DNA of 24,115 nucleotides from a virus (Duplodnaviria; Caudoviricetes), in IMG/VR virus record IMGVR_UViG_3300037631_000215, positions 1-24,115 of that record. One strand, given 5' to 3'. Under the pieces are notes generated by a model. The model saw only the letters and a program-made list of their open reading frames with translations, was not told the DNA's origin and did no database searches. A program made the translations under genes and the position numbers. Shown here piece by piece: positions 1 through 9,500 of the stretch. Each line of letters opens with the position of its first letter. Position 1 is the first letter of the stretch.

Positions 1-1
1 T

Positions 2-2677
2 AGAACATCTAGTCGATTTCAAGAAGAGGCAGCGGCTGCTAGAAGAGATGCTTTAGCTAGGCAGGAAGCTCAACGTAAGGCAGCGGAAAAAGCAGCGGCA
101 GATGCAGCAGCGCGTAAAGCAGCTCAACGTAAGGCAGCGGAAAAAGCAGCGGCAGATGCAGCAGCGCGTAAAGCAGCTCAAGCGGAAGAGGCTAGAAAGG
201 CTAAAGCAGCGGCAACTCGCAAACCCGTACCTGTTATGCCTATGGGCAATGCTTATACTTCCGTAGGCCCAAATCTTAAATCTGCGTATACACCTACTGC
301 GCCTATTGCACCGCCTCCTGTGGGCACTGCTGCAAAACGTGGTGATAAGCGTGCTCCGGGAACTAAACGACCCGCTGCGGCACCACCACCCACACCCACA
401 ACACCAAAACCTACGCCAGTGCTAGGTTCTTCTGCGCCACCTGAACTCAAATCAAGCACACCTAAGCCTGTAACCTCAACACCTAAGCCGATGGCAGACC
501 CAGCGATAGCTGCTGACGCTTTAAAAAACATGCGAGCCATGACTAAGAACATGACTCCAGAACAGCTACGTGGGATATCAACATATGCGCCGGGGTTGGC
601 TGAACAGCTAAGGGGGCCAACAACACCCAAGAGTGCCATTCAGTCGTACAAAGACACGCTACTAGGTGCCGCTGACAAGAATGTGTACGACGTTATAGAC
701 GATGTAGACGAAGTAGATGATTTCTACGACATGATGTTCAGGGGTAGTGTATTAGAGCCGCTAGAAACAGATAAAAAAGCAATAACAGCTAGAGATACAA
801 CGGATGGTAAAGCCAGAGGAAGTCAGTATTTGTCGGGCAAACGTGGCGATGTGTTTGCATTTACCCCTGACGAATATATATCTGAGGTAGGTGCCCCCGA
901 GTATTTGAAAGGCTTAAAGAGCGGCGTTGGTACAGACAAGGATGTAATTCGATCTGCCTATGGCTCTATAGCTAATACCGGCGGTACAGATACTGCGGCG
1001 GCACTAAGTAACTACTATGGGTTTGACGTTGTGCCTAGTGGTTCTGCTTCAGATATTAAGAACTTTGGTGGTAACTACGAAGAGCATACAAACGCTTCAC
1101 AAGAACAGATCTCCGAGTTTCAGTCACTTATCAAGCCCGTACTTGCCGAAACTATACCCTACCTACAAGCCACTGAAGGTTTAGACTACCAAGACGCATT
1201 GTTAGAAGCATACAAACGCGACCCCATGATCCAGTCTATGTACGCCAAATATGGTGTGCAGCCGGTACGGCAAACAAAAGACGGGTCTACCTACCTCTAT
1301 GACCCCATGACTTTCGGTGAAATACGCACCAAGGAAGTCAAAGACAGCTCTGTTAAAGACGCACTCAAGGTAGCCGCTATTGTAGGTTTATCGCTTGTTG
1401 GCGGTGGAGCACTGGCTGGTACGGCTGCATTTGGTGGTGGTACGTCTGCTGCTGGCTCTGCATTAGCCTACGGCACAACATCAGCTGGTATTACCGCAGC
1501 TACAGGCGGGGACACTAACGACATTCTAAAATCCTTTGCACTTGCTGGTGCAGGCGGATACGCAAAAGGTCTTAATGCGGCGGCACAGGCAGCAGCAGAT
1601 ACAGCTAGTGGGGCCGCACAAGCACTGAGTCCGTTTTCTGGGGGAGTTACTAGCGCGGCTGACGCGGCAAAAATGCAGGAGAAGCTGAAGCTGCTTACCA
1701 CCGCTGCCGAAACTACACAAAAAACTGCCGATACGTTTGGTAAGGTAGTGCAAGGAGCTAAGTTCATAGACGCTGCTGTAGACGGAGATATAGCTGGCGC
1801 TGCGGTCTCTGCGTTCGGCCCTAAATTTACTACAGCGGCGATGGACAAAGTTGGGCTGAATGAGAAGTTTTTAGAGGGATACAACATAAACCAAGATGAT
1901 GCTGTTGCAGGGCTTGTTAAAACTCAGATCGAGTTAACAAAAGGCACCGATTTTGGCGATGCTATAGCTAGAGGTTTTGGCGAGTACATCATGGAAGGTG
2001 GTGCATTAGCGCCTAACAACGTAAAAACACCCAAGTTCATCAAAATGATAGGCGATGTTATTAAAGCCTCGGGTAGCATGTTCGACGACGCAATCCTACA
2101 ACCTGTTAAGGGTTTCGTAGAAGGTACGGTTGAGGTACTAGGTGACGTAGCAGAGCCTGTGGTTGACGTAATCGAAGACGTAGCAGGTGCAGTAGTAGAT
2201 AAAGCACCACTTATAGAAGATGCAGTAAGGGCTACAGGTTCAGCAATAGAGGACGTTGTTAAGCCGATAGTCGACCCCCTAATCGACGCTGCACCTGTAG
2301 TAGAAGACGCAGTACGGGCAATAGGCTCTACTGTAGACGACGTAATTATAGAACCAGTAAAAGAGTTAGTAGAGGGCATAGTAGAAGCTGCACCAGATGT
2401 AGACCTACCAGATGTAGACCTACCAAGGCCCACACCTTCACCTAGCCCTAGTCGTAGCTCTACACCTACACGTACCCCTTCCATCATACGTACCCCCGGC
2501 ATTATAGAAGAACGAGGTGCTGAGTTGTTTGACCTTGGCGGAGAGCAAGAAAGAAAAGTAGACCCAGTAGAGGCTTACTTAGCTAGTTTAGCTGCTGGGG
2601 GCATGGCAAATGGTGGTGCAGTCAGAAGTTCTTATGGTAATCTTGACGAGCTGCTACGTATAGTTGGAGGCAAGTGA
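2..2677 (+). CDS. Probable internal virion/cargo protein, 5'-truncated by the window edge (Ala/Lys-rich repeats, Pro/Thr-rich linker, Gly/Ala hydrophobic segment, acidic repeats, C-terminal MANGG motif)
   Basis: The frame of ORF 236..2677 is open back to base 2 (RTSSRFQEEAAAARRDALARQEAQRKAAEK...), so the true start lies upstream of the window. The stop overlaps the next start (GTGATG). Composition and position resemble podophage ejection genes. Confidence 0.7.
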   Translation, partial: RTSSRFQEEAAAARRDALARQEAQRKAAEKAAADAAARKAAQRKAAEKAAADAAARKAAQAEEARKAKAAATRKPVPVMPMGNAYTSVGPNLKSAYTPTAPIAPPPVGTAAKRGDKRAPGTKRPAAAPPPTPTTPKPTPVLGSSAPPELKSSTPKPVTSTPKPMADPAIAADALKNMRAMTKNMTPEQLRGISTYAPGLAEQLRGPTTPKSAIQSYKDTLLGAADKNVYDVIDDVDEVDDFYDMMFRGSVLEPLETDKKAITARDTTDGKARGSQYLSGKRGDVFAFTPDEYISEVGAPEYLKGLKSGVGTDKDVIRSAYGSIANTGGTDTAAALSNYYGFDVVPSGSASDIKNFGGNYEEHTNASQEQISEFQSLIKPVLAETIPYLQATEGLDYQDALLEAYKRDPMIQSMYAKYGVQPVRQTKDGSTYLYDPMTFGEIRTKEVKDSSVKDALKVAAIVGLSLVGGGALAGTAAFGGGTSAAGSALAYGTTSAGITAATGGDTNDILKSFALAGAGGYAKGLNAAAQAAADTASGAAQALSPFSGGVTSAADAAKMQEKLKLLTTAAETTQKTADTFGKVVQGAKFIDAAVDGDIAGAAVSAFGPKFTTAAMDKVGLNEKFLEGYNINQDDAVAGLVKTQIELTKGTDFGDAIARGFGEYIMEGGALAPNNVKTPKFIKMIGDVIKASGSMFDDAILQPVKGFVEGTVEVLGDVAEPVVDVIEDVAGAVVDKAPLIEDAVRATGSAIEDVVKPIVDPLIDAAPVVEDAVRAIGSTVDDVIIEPVKELVEGIVEAAPDVDLPDVDLPRPTPSPSPSRSSTPTRTPSIIRTPGIIEERGAELFDLGGEQERKVDPVEAYLASLAAGGMANGGAVRSSYGNLDELLRIVGGK
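67..181 (+). repeat. Perfect 54-bp coding tandem repeat (2 copies plus a partial), encoding AQRKAAEKAAADAAARKA
   Basis: 67-120 is identical to 121-174, followed by a partial agctcaa at 175-181. Confidence 0.95.
2393..2425 (+). repeat. 15-bp coding tandem repeat (PDVDL x2)
   Basis: ccagatgtagaccta at 2393-2407 and 2408-2422, then cca. Confidence 0.85.
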
Positions 2678-3573
2678 TGGCGGACTACTATGGTGATATT
2701 GCTAGGGAATACATGAGCGGTACATCTGCTAATGATTCTACGTCTTTGGGAAACTATTTTAGTCTGGGCGATGGGTCAGAAGTAACTTCTGTGCAAAATC
2801 CAAAACCAAATTATTATGGGTCTGACGATATGCTGTTGGATCTTTTTCAGTTTGATCGGGGTGATAGGGATACTCAAGACATACTTGACTTTCTTGCGGG
2901 TACAAAAGAAAACGACTACGACCCTACATTTATGGACAGGGTAGGTGGTGTTCTAAGCCAATTCTTCCCAGAAAGAAAAGGGTCTGGCGGTGCTAGCGGG
3001 TTACTTGGGCTGCTAGGCCCATTGGCCTTAACCAGTTTCTTAAAAGACCGTGGTGCGTTTGACCCTGACATAGCACCTGTTGGCTACCAAGGTAAAATAC
3101 CCGAGTACACTGCAATACGAGAACAAGTTACAGGTAGAGACGATACAGACCGTCGTCCCGGCAGTGGTGGTAGACGCTATTTCTCTGACACCATGTATGC
3201 CAAGAAGCCTGAAGGCCAGCAGCCTATGTCTGTTGAAGAAGCTCAAGCTAAAGCTAAAGCACAAGCAAGTGGGTTTGCCGATGGTGGTCGCGTGCTAGAA
3301 GATGGCGGCTATCTACAAGGTGATTCGGACGGGCAAGCAGACCTAGTTCCCGGCGATATTGATGGCGTGCAAGAGGCGCGTTTGAGTCACGGTGAGTACG
3401 TGTTGCCTGCCGATTTAGTCGCTATACTAGGTAACGGTAATTCTGATGCAGGTGCCGCAGCACTGGACGACTTTATGTCTTCAGTACGTAAGAAAGCTAC
3501 AGGCACACCGAAACAACAGAAAAACATCGACGCAGATCAAGTGCTTGCGATGTTATCCAAGAGGATGTCGTAA
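2677..3573 (+). CDS. Probable virion protein with a C-terminal 'FAxGG...G..DG..D.VP...LSxGEYV' domain
   Basis: GGAGG RBS at 2666-2670 before ATG 2677. FADGG...QGDSDGQADLVP...ARLSHGEYVLPAD resembles the GG..GPGTGTSDSIPAxLSNGEFV motif familiar from phage tape-measure/virion proteins. Confidence 0.65.
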   Translation: MADYYGDIAREYMSGTSANDSTSLGNYFSLGDGSEVTSVQNPKPNYYGSDDMLLDLFQFDRGDRDTQDILDFLAGTKENDYDPTFMDRVGGVLSQFFPERKGSGGASGLLGLLGPLALTSFLKDRGAFDPDIAPVGYQGKIPEYTAIREQVTGRDDTDRRPGSGGRRYFSDTMYAKKPEGQQPMSVEEAQAKAKAQASGFADGGRVLEDGGYLQGDSDGQADLVPGDIDGVQEARLSHGEYVLPADLVAILGNGNSDAGAAALDDFMSSVRKKATGTPKQQKNIDADQVLAMLSKRMS

Positions 3574-3576
3574 GCT

Positions 3577-4803
3577 ATGGTTGATACAGTAGTAGACCCC
3601 AACAGTCCCGTAGGACAAATTTCCGGCAGTTCACAAGGACTGTCCGAATTCGCTGGCCCGTATGTTGGTGAGATGCTTGGCAAAGCACGAGCACTCGCTG
3701 ATAAGCCCTATGAAGCCTACGGTGGCCCACTTACTGCCGGTGCTAGCGGCCTACAAGATAAGGCTTTTGCGGGCTACGCAGGGTTAGATCCCAACCAGCA
3801 AACTGGCATAGCTTCTTTTGGCGGTGATATGACTGCTGGTGGTACGTTTGGTTTTGGCAGTGCCGCAGGACAAGGTTACGAAGCAGGGTACACACCGGGA
3901 TCGTTTACAGGTGCCGCACCTATGATGCCCCCTGCACTAGATGAATTTGGGCGGTTTAATCCCATTATCCCGAGAGGAGGCGAACCGGCACCTCGATTTA
4001 GCGACCATAGGGCGCGTTTTCTTGAGGACACTAGACTCAAAGAACAACCTGTTTTTGGGCGGCAACAACCTCCGCAATCTCCGGTGGGGCAGTACATGAA
4101 CCCCTACCTACAAGCTGCATTAGAGCCGCAACTACGCGAAGCACGTCGCCAAGCGGATATTAGTCGTGTTGCTGACGCTGGCCGATTAACTCGTGCCGGT
4201 GCTTTTGGCGGTTCGCGCCAAGCCATTATGGAAGCAGAGGGCGGACGTAATCTGGGAACGCAGCTAGCTGATATTACAGGCAGAGGGTACTCCGAAGCAT
4301 TTACACAAGCGCGAGATCAGTTCAACAAAGAACAAGAAATGCAGCGGTTAGCAGAAGATGCACGCCGTGGTCAGTTTAACGTAGAAGCTGGACGGCTATC
4401 CGAATTCGATGAACGCCGTAGACTACAGTCAAACGAAGAAGCTCGACGTGAAGTAGAGCGGCAAGAGCGGGAACGTGAGCAGTTTAATGAGCAGGAACGC
4501 CGCAGAATCGCAGCAGAAGAAGCTGACCGCCGCTACGGCCTAAGCGCATTACGTGATATGCGTGCCGCTGGACAAGAAGAACGTGGTATTGAACAAGAAG
4601 GCATCACTGCTGACTACTTGCAGTATCAACAAGAACAACAGTATCCATATGAACAGTTAGAGTTTATGCAATCCATGCTACAAGGCCTACCGATCACTGC
4701 CACATCTCGGCAGTTTGTTGAACCCGGAGGGTTTCAAGACTTATCTGGTGGCTTAGGCGGACTTCTTGCACTTCTTAGAGGAGGGCCACAGTATGCTATC
4801 TAA
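3577..4803 (+). CDS. Probable DNA ejection/pilot-like internal virion protein
   Basis: QYMNPY, AGAFGGSRQAI and PYEQLxFMxSMLxGLP motifs are typical of podophage internal proteins (recalled, not searched). It also has a long Q/E/R helical region and a Gly/Leu-rich C-terminus. Confidence 0.65.
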   Translation: MVDTVVDPNSPVGQISGSSQGLSEFAGPYVGEMLGKARALADKPYEAYGGPLTAGASGLQDKAFAGYAGLDPNQQTGIASFGGDMTAGGTFGFGSAAGQGYEAGYTPGSFTGAAPMMPPALDEFGRFNPIIPRGGEPAPRFSDHRARFLEDTRLKEQPVFGRQQPPQSPVGQYMNPYLQAALEPQLREARRQADISRVADAGRLTRAGAFGGSRQAIMEAEGGRNLGTQLADITGRGYSEAFTQARDQFNKEQEMQRLAEDARRGQFNVEAGRLSEFDERRRLQSNEEARREVERQEREREQFNEQERRRIAAEEADRRYGLSALRDMRAAGQEERGIEQEGITADYLQYQQEQQYPYEQLEFMQSMLQGLPITATSRQFVEPGGFQDLSGGLGGLLALLRGGPQYAI

Positions 4804-6529
4804 CCCCCTCAGTCAGATCGAACGTACGAAAGACGCCTACGCAGGTAACATGCAGGGGCTAGAAAAGCGTGCCAACATGACCAAAGAACTGGTCGATTTG
4901 CTTGCCATGCAGCAGCTCAAGAAAGATCTTGATGCGGTAAAACGCAACCAAGCTATGCAAGCGCAAGGCAACCCTGCGACTATTAAAGAACAAATGCAGC
5001 AGGGGTTGATGGGTGAGTACCGCCAACAAGCTGCCAAAGAGATGGGCGTAGGCCCAAGCGAAGCAGATACGGTAGCTCGTGCACAACAAGGTATGCCTCA
5101 AGGTGGCCAACGTATGCCACAAGGCGCTCCACAACAGATGCCACAGGCTGGCGCACAACAAATGGCACAAGGCGTTATGAGCCAAGCACAGCCAGTCAAA
5201 CTAGCTGGCGGCGGTATTGTTGCGTTTCAGGAAGGTGGCCTGACCGACGAAAAACGAGAGATGCAGGAGCTTATAGAAAGGCTTAGAGAACGTAGGGCAG
5301 ACGCACCTTTAGTCCCCGCTTTTCTTACAGAACATACTATAACTCAAGAAAGAGCTAGACGTAGAGGAAGCCCTGTCTTAGAAGACGTGGCGGAACGAAT
5401 AGCGGAAGCCGATGTAGCCGAACCGAGCGAAGGCGCTATTGCAGCCTTAGAAGGAACACCCCTTGAAGGTGCACTTACCCGCGACATGCTTCCAGCAGCG
5501 GAAGGCACCCCTGCATCGGGGATCATGCTTGCTGGTGTACCTGATGAAGAGCCAGCTACAGCTCCAGCCGAAATACAGCCCGCCGCAGGCCTAGCCGCTG
5601 TAGCCCAAACTCCAGCAAAAACAAGTGGGGAAGGCGAAGAACCCGGCATACGTGAACTGCTTATGCAAAAACTGCGAGCCGATATTGGACGAGATCCAGA
5701 AGCCGCAGGTGCTAGAAGGGCGGCGATGATTAGAAGAGAGCTGGGTCTGGATGAAGGTATAGCTACATTAGCCGATAGAAAGGCTCGGCGGGAACAAGCA
5801 TTTCAAGATATGCAGCCATCACGTAGAGACAACCTTATAGATCTACTGACCGCTGGTGGTAGAGGCGGTATTACTGGTGTAGGTGTACGCGACAGGCAAC
5901 TACGTGATGCCGCTAGAGAACGCCGTATGGCTTACGAAGATAAGTTAGACGATATAGAAAACACTTCTATGGAGCTTCGTCGCAGTATCGGCACTGCCGC
6001 AGCGAACGAGTACAGTAAAGCCGCCACGCGAGATCTTCAGACAATGAACAATGCAGCTACAGTGCTGCAACGCATGGACGTAGAAGATCGTCAGAGAGTT
6101 GAAGCTGATCTAACTAGAAAACGTCAAGAAGCTAAACTTGAGATCGACAGAACCAATGCCCTCGGTAAGTTGCTTGGGTCTACTAAGACCTTCGCGGAAG
6201 CGGCTGAAAAACTTACAGAGGGTATTAGCAGCATTTCAGAGCGTATTCGTGACCCTTACGAGACACGTCGTGCCTTGTTAGAGCAAAGAGCTTTGGGCGG
6301 TGATGAACAGGCGAAGGAAGACTTAAAGAATTTAGAAAATACTATCAGCCTTCAGATTATCAACGACCCAGAGTACATACGCCTACAGACAATGCTAGAA
6401 AGCCTTGATACGGAAAGACTCGCATCGCAGGATCAACGAGCCGCACTAGCCGCAGGATTAAGAGGGGTACAAGTTGCAGACGTTAGCGATGAAGACGAGT
6501 CTCTTGTAGCTAGCTACGAAGGGCGCTAA
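4793..6529 (+). CDS. Probable internal virion protein (Q/M-rich N-terminus, LAGGG/FQEGG motifs, coiled-coil C-terminus)
   Basis: Long ORF. Strong RBS GAGGAGG at about 4778-4784 precedes ATG 4793, which is preferred over the track's TTG 4766. It lies between other cargo-like genes. Confidence 0.65.
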   Translation: MLSNPLSQIERTKDAYAGNMQGLEKRANMTKELVDLLAMQQLKKDLDAVKRNQAMQAQGNPATIKEQMQQGLMGEYRQQAAKEMGVGPSEADTVARAQQGMPQGGQRMPQGAPQQMPQAGAQQMAQGVMSQAQPVKLAGGGIVAFQEGGLTDEKREMQELIERLRERRADAPLVPAFLTEHTITQERARRRGSPVLEDVAERIAEADVAEPSEGAIAALEGTPLEGALTRDMLPAAEGTPASGIMLAGVPDEEPATAPAEIQPAAGLAAVAQTPAKTSGEGEEPGIRELLMQKLRADIGRDPEAAGARRAAMIRRELGLDEGIATLADRKARREQAFQDMQPSRRDNLIDLLTAGGRGGITGVGVRDRQLRDAARERRMAYEDKLDDIENTSMELRRSIGTAAANEYSKAATRDLQTMNNAATVLQRMDVEDRQRVEADLTRKRQEAKLEIDRTNALGKLLGSTKTFAEAAEKLTEGISSISERIRDPYETRRALLEQRALGGDEQAKEDLKNLENTISLQIINDPEYIRLQTMLESLDTERLASQDQRAALAAGLRGVQVADVSDEDESLVASYEGR

Positions 6530-6532
6530 AAC

Positions 6533-9500
6533 ATGGCAAGAGTTTCAGTAGCCAGAATTGAAGCGGCTATTCAAAAAGCGGAAGCTCTTGGAGATACGGC
6601 TAATGCCAACCAACTACGCGCTGCGTTAGCAAGGAGCGCACCACCTGCCCCGACTATACCGACGCAGCCGACAGGCCCGTCAGACCTTGATAGAAGGCGT
6701 GCCGAACTAGAAGCTAGGATAGCTGCAAGAGAAGCCGCACCAGTCGCACCTACAGAAACAGGGTTCTTTGAAGACATTACCTCTGGATTCGGTGCAGGTG
6801 TTGTCGGTGTAGGTGAGATGGCTGCACTTGGTCTTGCCGCTCCGTTGGAAGAAGAAAACGAACTTGCCGCCCGCGAGCGTATTCAGTCCGTTGCTGAGTC
6901 TTTTCGTCCCGAAGGTGGTGACCCAGACTCTGTTACCTACAAACTAAGTTCTGCGCTTGGTTCTATTGCTGGCCTCGCTGCTGTCCCCGCTGCCGCAGCA
7001 TTTACTCCTGTAGGTACTGTCGGTGCTCTTGGCCTTGGCGCGTTAGCCGCTGGTGCCGCTGGTGCTGGTGAGGCAAGTGAACGTGCCCGTGCAGCCGACG
7101 CTACAGAAGAAGAGCGTGGGTCAGCCACCCTGCGTGGTACAGCAATCGGCCTGCTGGACGTACTGCCCATCGCACGGGTATTGCCGCTAAGTAAGATGCC
7201 CGAACTCGCCAAGCTAGTAGATAAGATACCGCCTGAGAAGGTAGAGACTATTGGCGAACGTATCTACAGCGCAGGTATAACCGGCGGTGCGGAAGCCGCA
7301 CAGGAAGCCGCGTCTAACGTCTTACAGAACTTGAACGAGCAGGAGTACAACGCCGCTGCTGAGACGTTTGGTGGTACCGCAGAAGAAGCCGCATTGGGTG
7401 GTGGTGCCGGTGCTATCTTGCAGGGTCTTGTTGACCTGTTCGCCCCACGCAGAGGCGCTAAGACTGTTGGTGATACTGTTGCTCCCGAAGAAGCTCCACC
7501 ACGCCTCGAAGAAGATCAAGTACAGGGTGAGCTGTTTGCACGTCCTACACAGACAGTTGAGCCGGATACAGGCGGAGCACTTACCGACTTCAATGTAGAC
7601 CAGATTAATTCTGCGGTAGAAAGACTTACCGCACGGGGGGTTGCGCCAAACACAATTACTGAAGAGGCTGTGTTTGACGAAATCCTAGCCGCTGAAGAAC
7701 GAGCGGACGCGGCTGCACCAGAACAGTTAACTATCGAAGGCGCAATTGACGCCGCCGAAACTGCTGAAGTCCAAGCCATGATCGACGCAGATGAGACTGC
7801 CGAAATCGAAGCTATGGTGGCAGAAGATGACGCTGCTAAAGCCGCTGCTGATGTAGAACGGGCGCAGGCCAGAAAAAGGTCTGAAAGGGAAACCGCTATC
7901 GGGCAGCAGGTGGATGAAGAACTAGACGCCACTGAAACTAGACGCCGTGAAATACTGGCAGACGTAGTAGAGAAGCAACCTACACGGCAGCTTGGTACGT
8001 TACGTACTAGGTTCTCCCGCGCCTTGGAAGAAGTGAACCTTGATCCAGAGCCTACGGCAGCCGAAAACGCTTCTATGGAACGGGTAATAGATATAAGCCG
8101 TGCAGAGCCTGTACCGCAGGATGATCTTCCTTCTGACTCTGATGTAGCAGCAATAGAAGCGCGGATACGAGAAGCGCGTGAAGATGAAGGAATCACTGAT
8201 ACTTCAGAACTACGTCAAGAATCTTTCGCTGGGTTGGGTCGCAGAGAAGCGCCTACCGAACAAGAGGCCACGCCCGAACCACGCATAATCACCGAAGAAG
8301 ATCTTACTACCGCTGGGTTCAAATCCAATGCTGCTGTACGTAAACGTGTTACGGGTAAAGATCTAAACGATCCAGAAGTCCGGGCAGATCTAGTTAAGGC
8401 TGGACAAAGGTTCAAGAGCCAAGAAGTTAAGACTGGTGTAGACCGTCTACTGCAAGGAGTACCTAGTGAGCAACGTGATTTATTTGCCGACACCAAAAGA
8501 GAACCTGTCGCAGCAGGAAGTGGAACAGGCGATGCAGTTGATCTACAGAGCGTGGAAGTCCCTACAGGACGTGCGAATACCGTGGAATCTGGCCCATCTG
8601 TCGGAGGAGCAGTGGCAGATGCTGGAGGAGGCACTGGACGATCTGTTGCTGGAGAAGGAAGAGAGCAAACTACATTAACGCCAACCCGTGAGGTTAAGCC
8701 TGAAATAGCTGATGCAGGACGTGTTTTAGCTGCCGCTAGACGCGCTATGGCAGAAGCAGAAGAGGCTGTAGCGGCGAAGCCCACACAGAAGAATCAACGC
8801 GCCTTAAAACAGGCAGAGAGGCGGTTTGCTCAGGCGGTTGGATTGCTAAACCAACGATTGGCTGATGTAGATACGCAGGCCATACCTGAAGAGACTGTAG
8901 AGCTGCAACGTCGTGCAGGGCAACAAATGTCAGCTACTGGCATTAGACCAGCTATGGCTGCTGCCGCACCAACTACCGTAGAAGAGGTTACGGCGAAAGA
9001 ACCTACAGTCGAAGAAGCCCGGACAACCGAACAACAAGCTGCTGACAAGCAAAGTCTTTTAGCTGAACGTCGTAAGGCTCGTGACGAACTAATGGCTGCT
9101 GATCCCGACCTAAGCAAAGCTGAAGCCATGCGAATAGCATCTGGGCAGGTTCTTTACGCCCCTCCAAGAGAATATCTTGAGGCACTGGATGCCCCACTAC
9201 CAGACGTTGCCGCTAAAGCAGTGCTCAACAATGAATTACGTCGCGCCCTGCTAGATATAGCTGACAAGTCAGGAGATAAGTTCGTATCTCGCGTAGCCAA
9301 GCGACTGTCTGAGTTTACTGGTGACACTAGAATACTGGCGGTACCGGCAAGCCAATTAGGTAAAGTAGATGGGCAGCAAGTTGATGGGCGTTTCATAACC
9401 GCTGATAACACCATCGTGCTGAACAGGAACTTTTCTAACACTCAGGTACTACTACATGAGATGGCGCACGCAGCGACAATCAATGTTCTACGTAACCCGT

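Noticed and set aside
5085-5175. MPQG/QQM repeats in ORF4
   Set aside because: This is an ordinary low-complexity linker, relevant only as context for the adjacent GG motifs.
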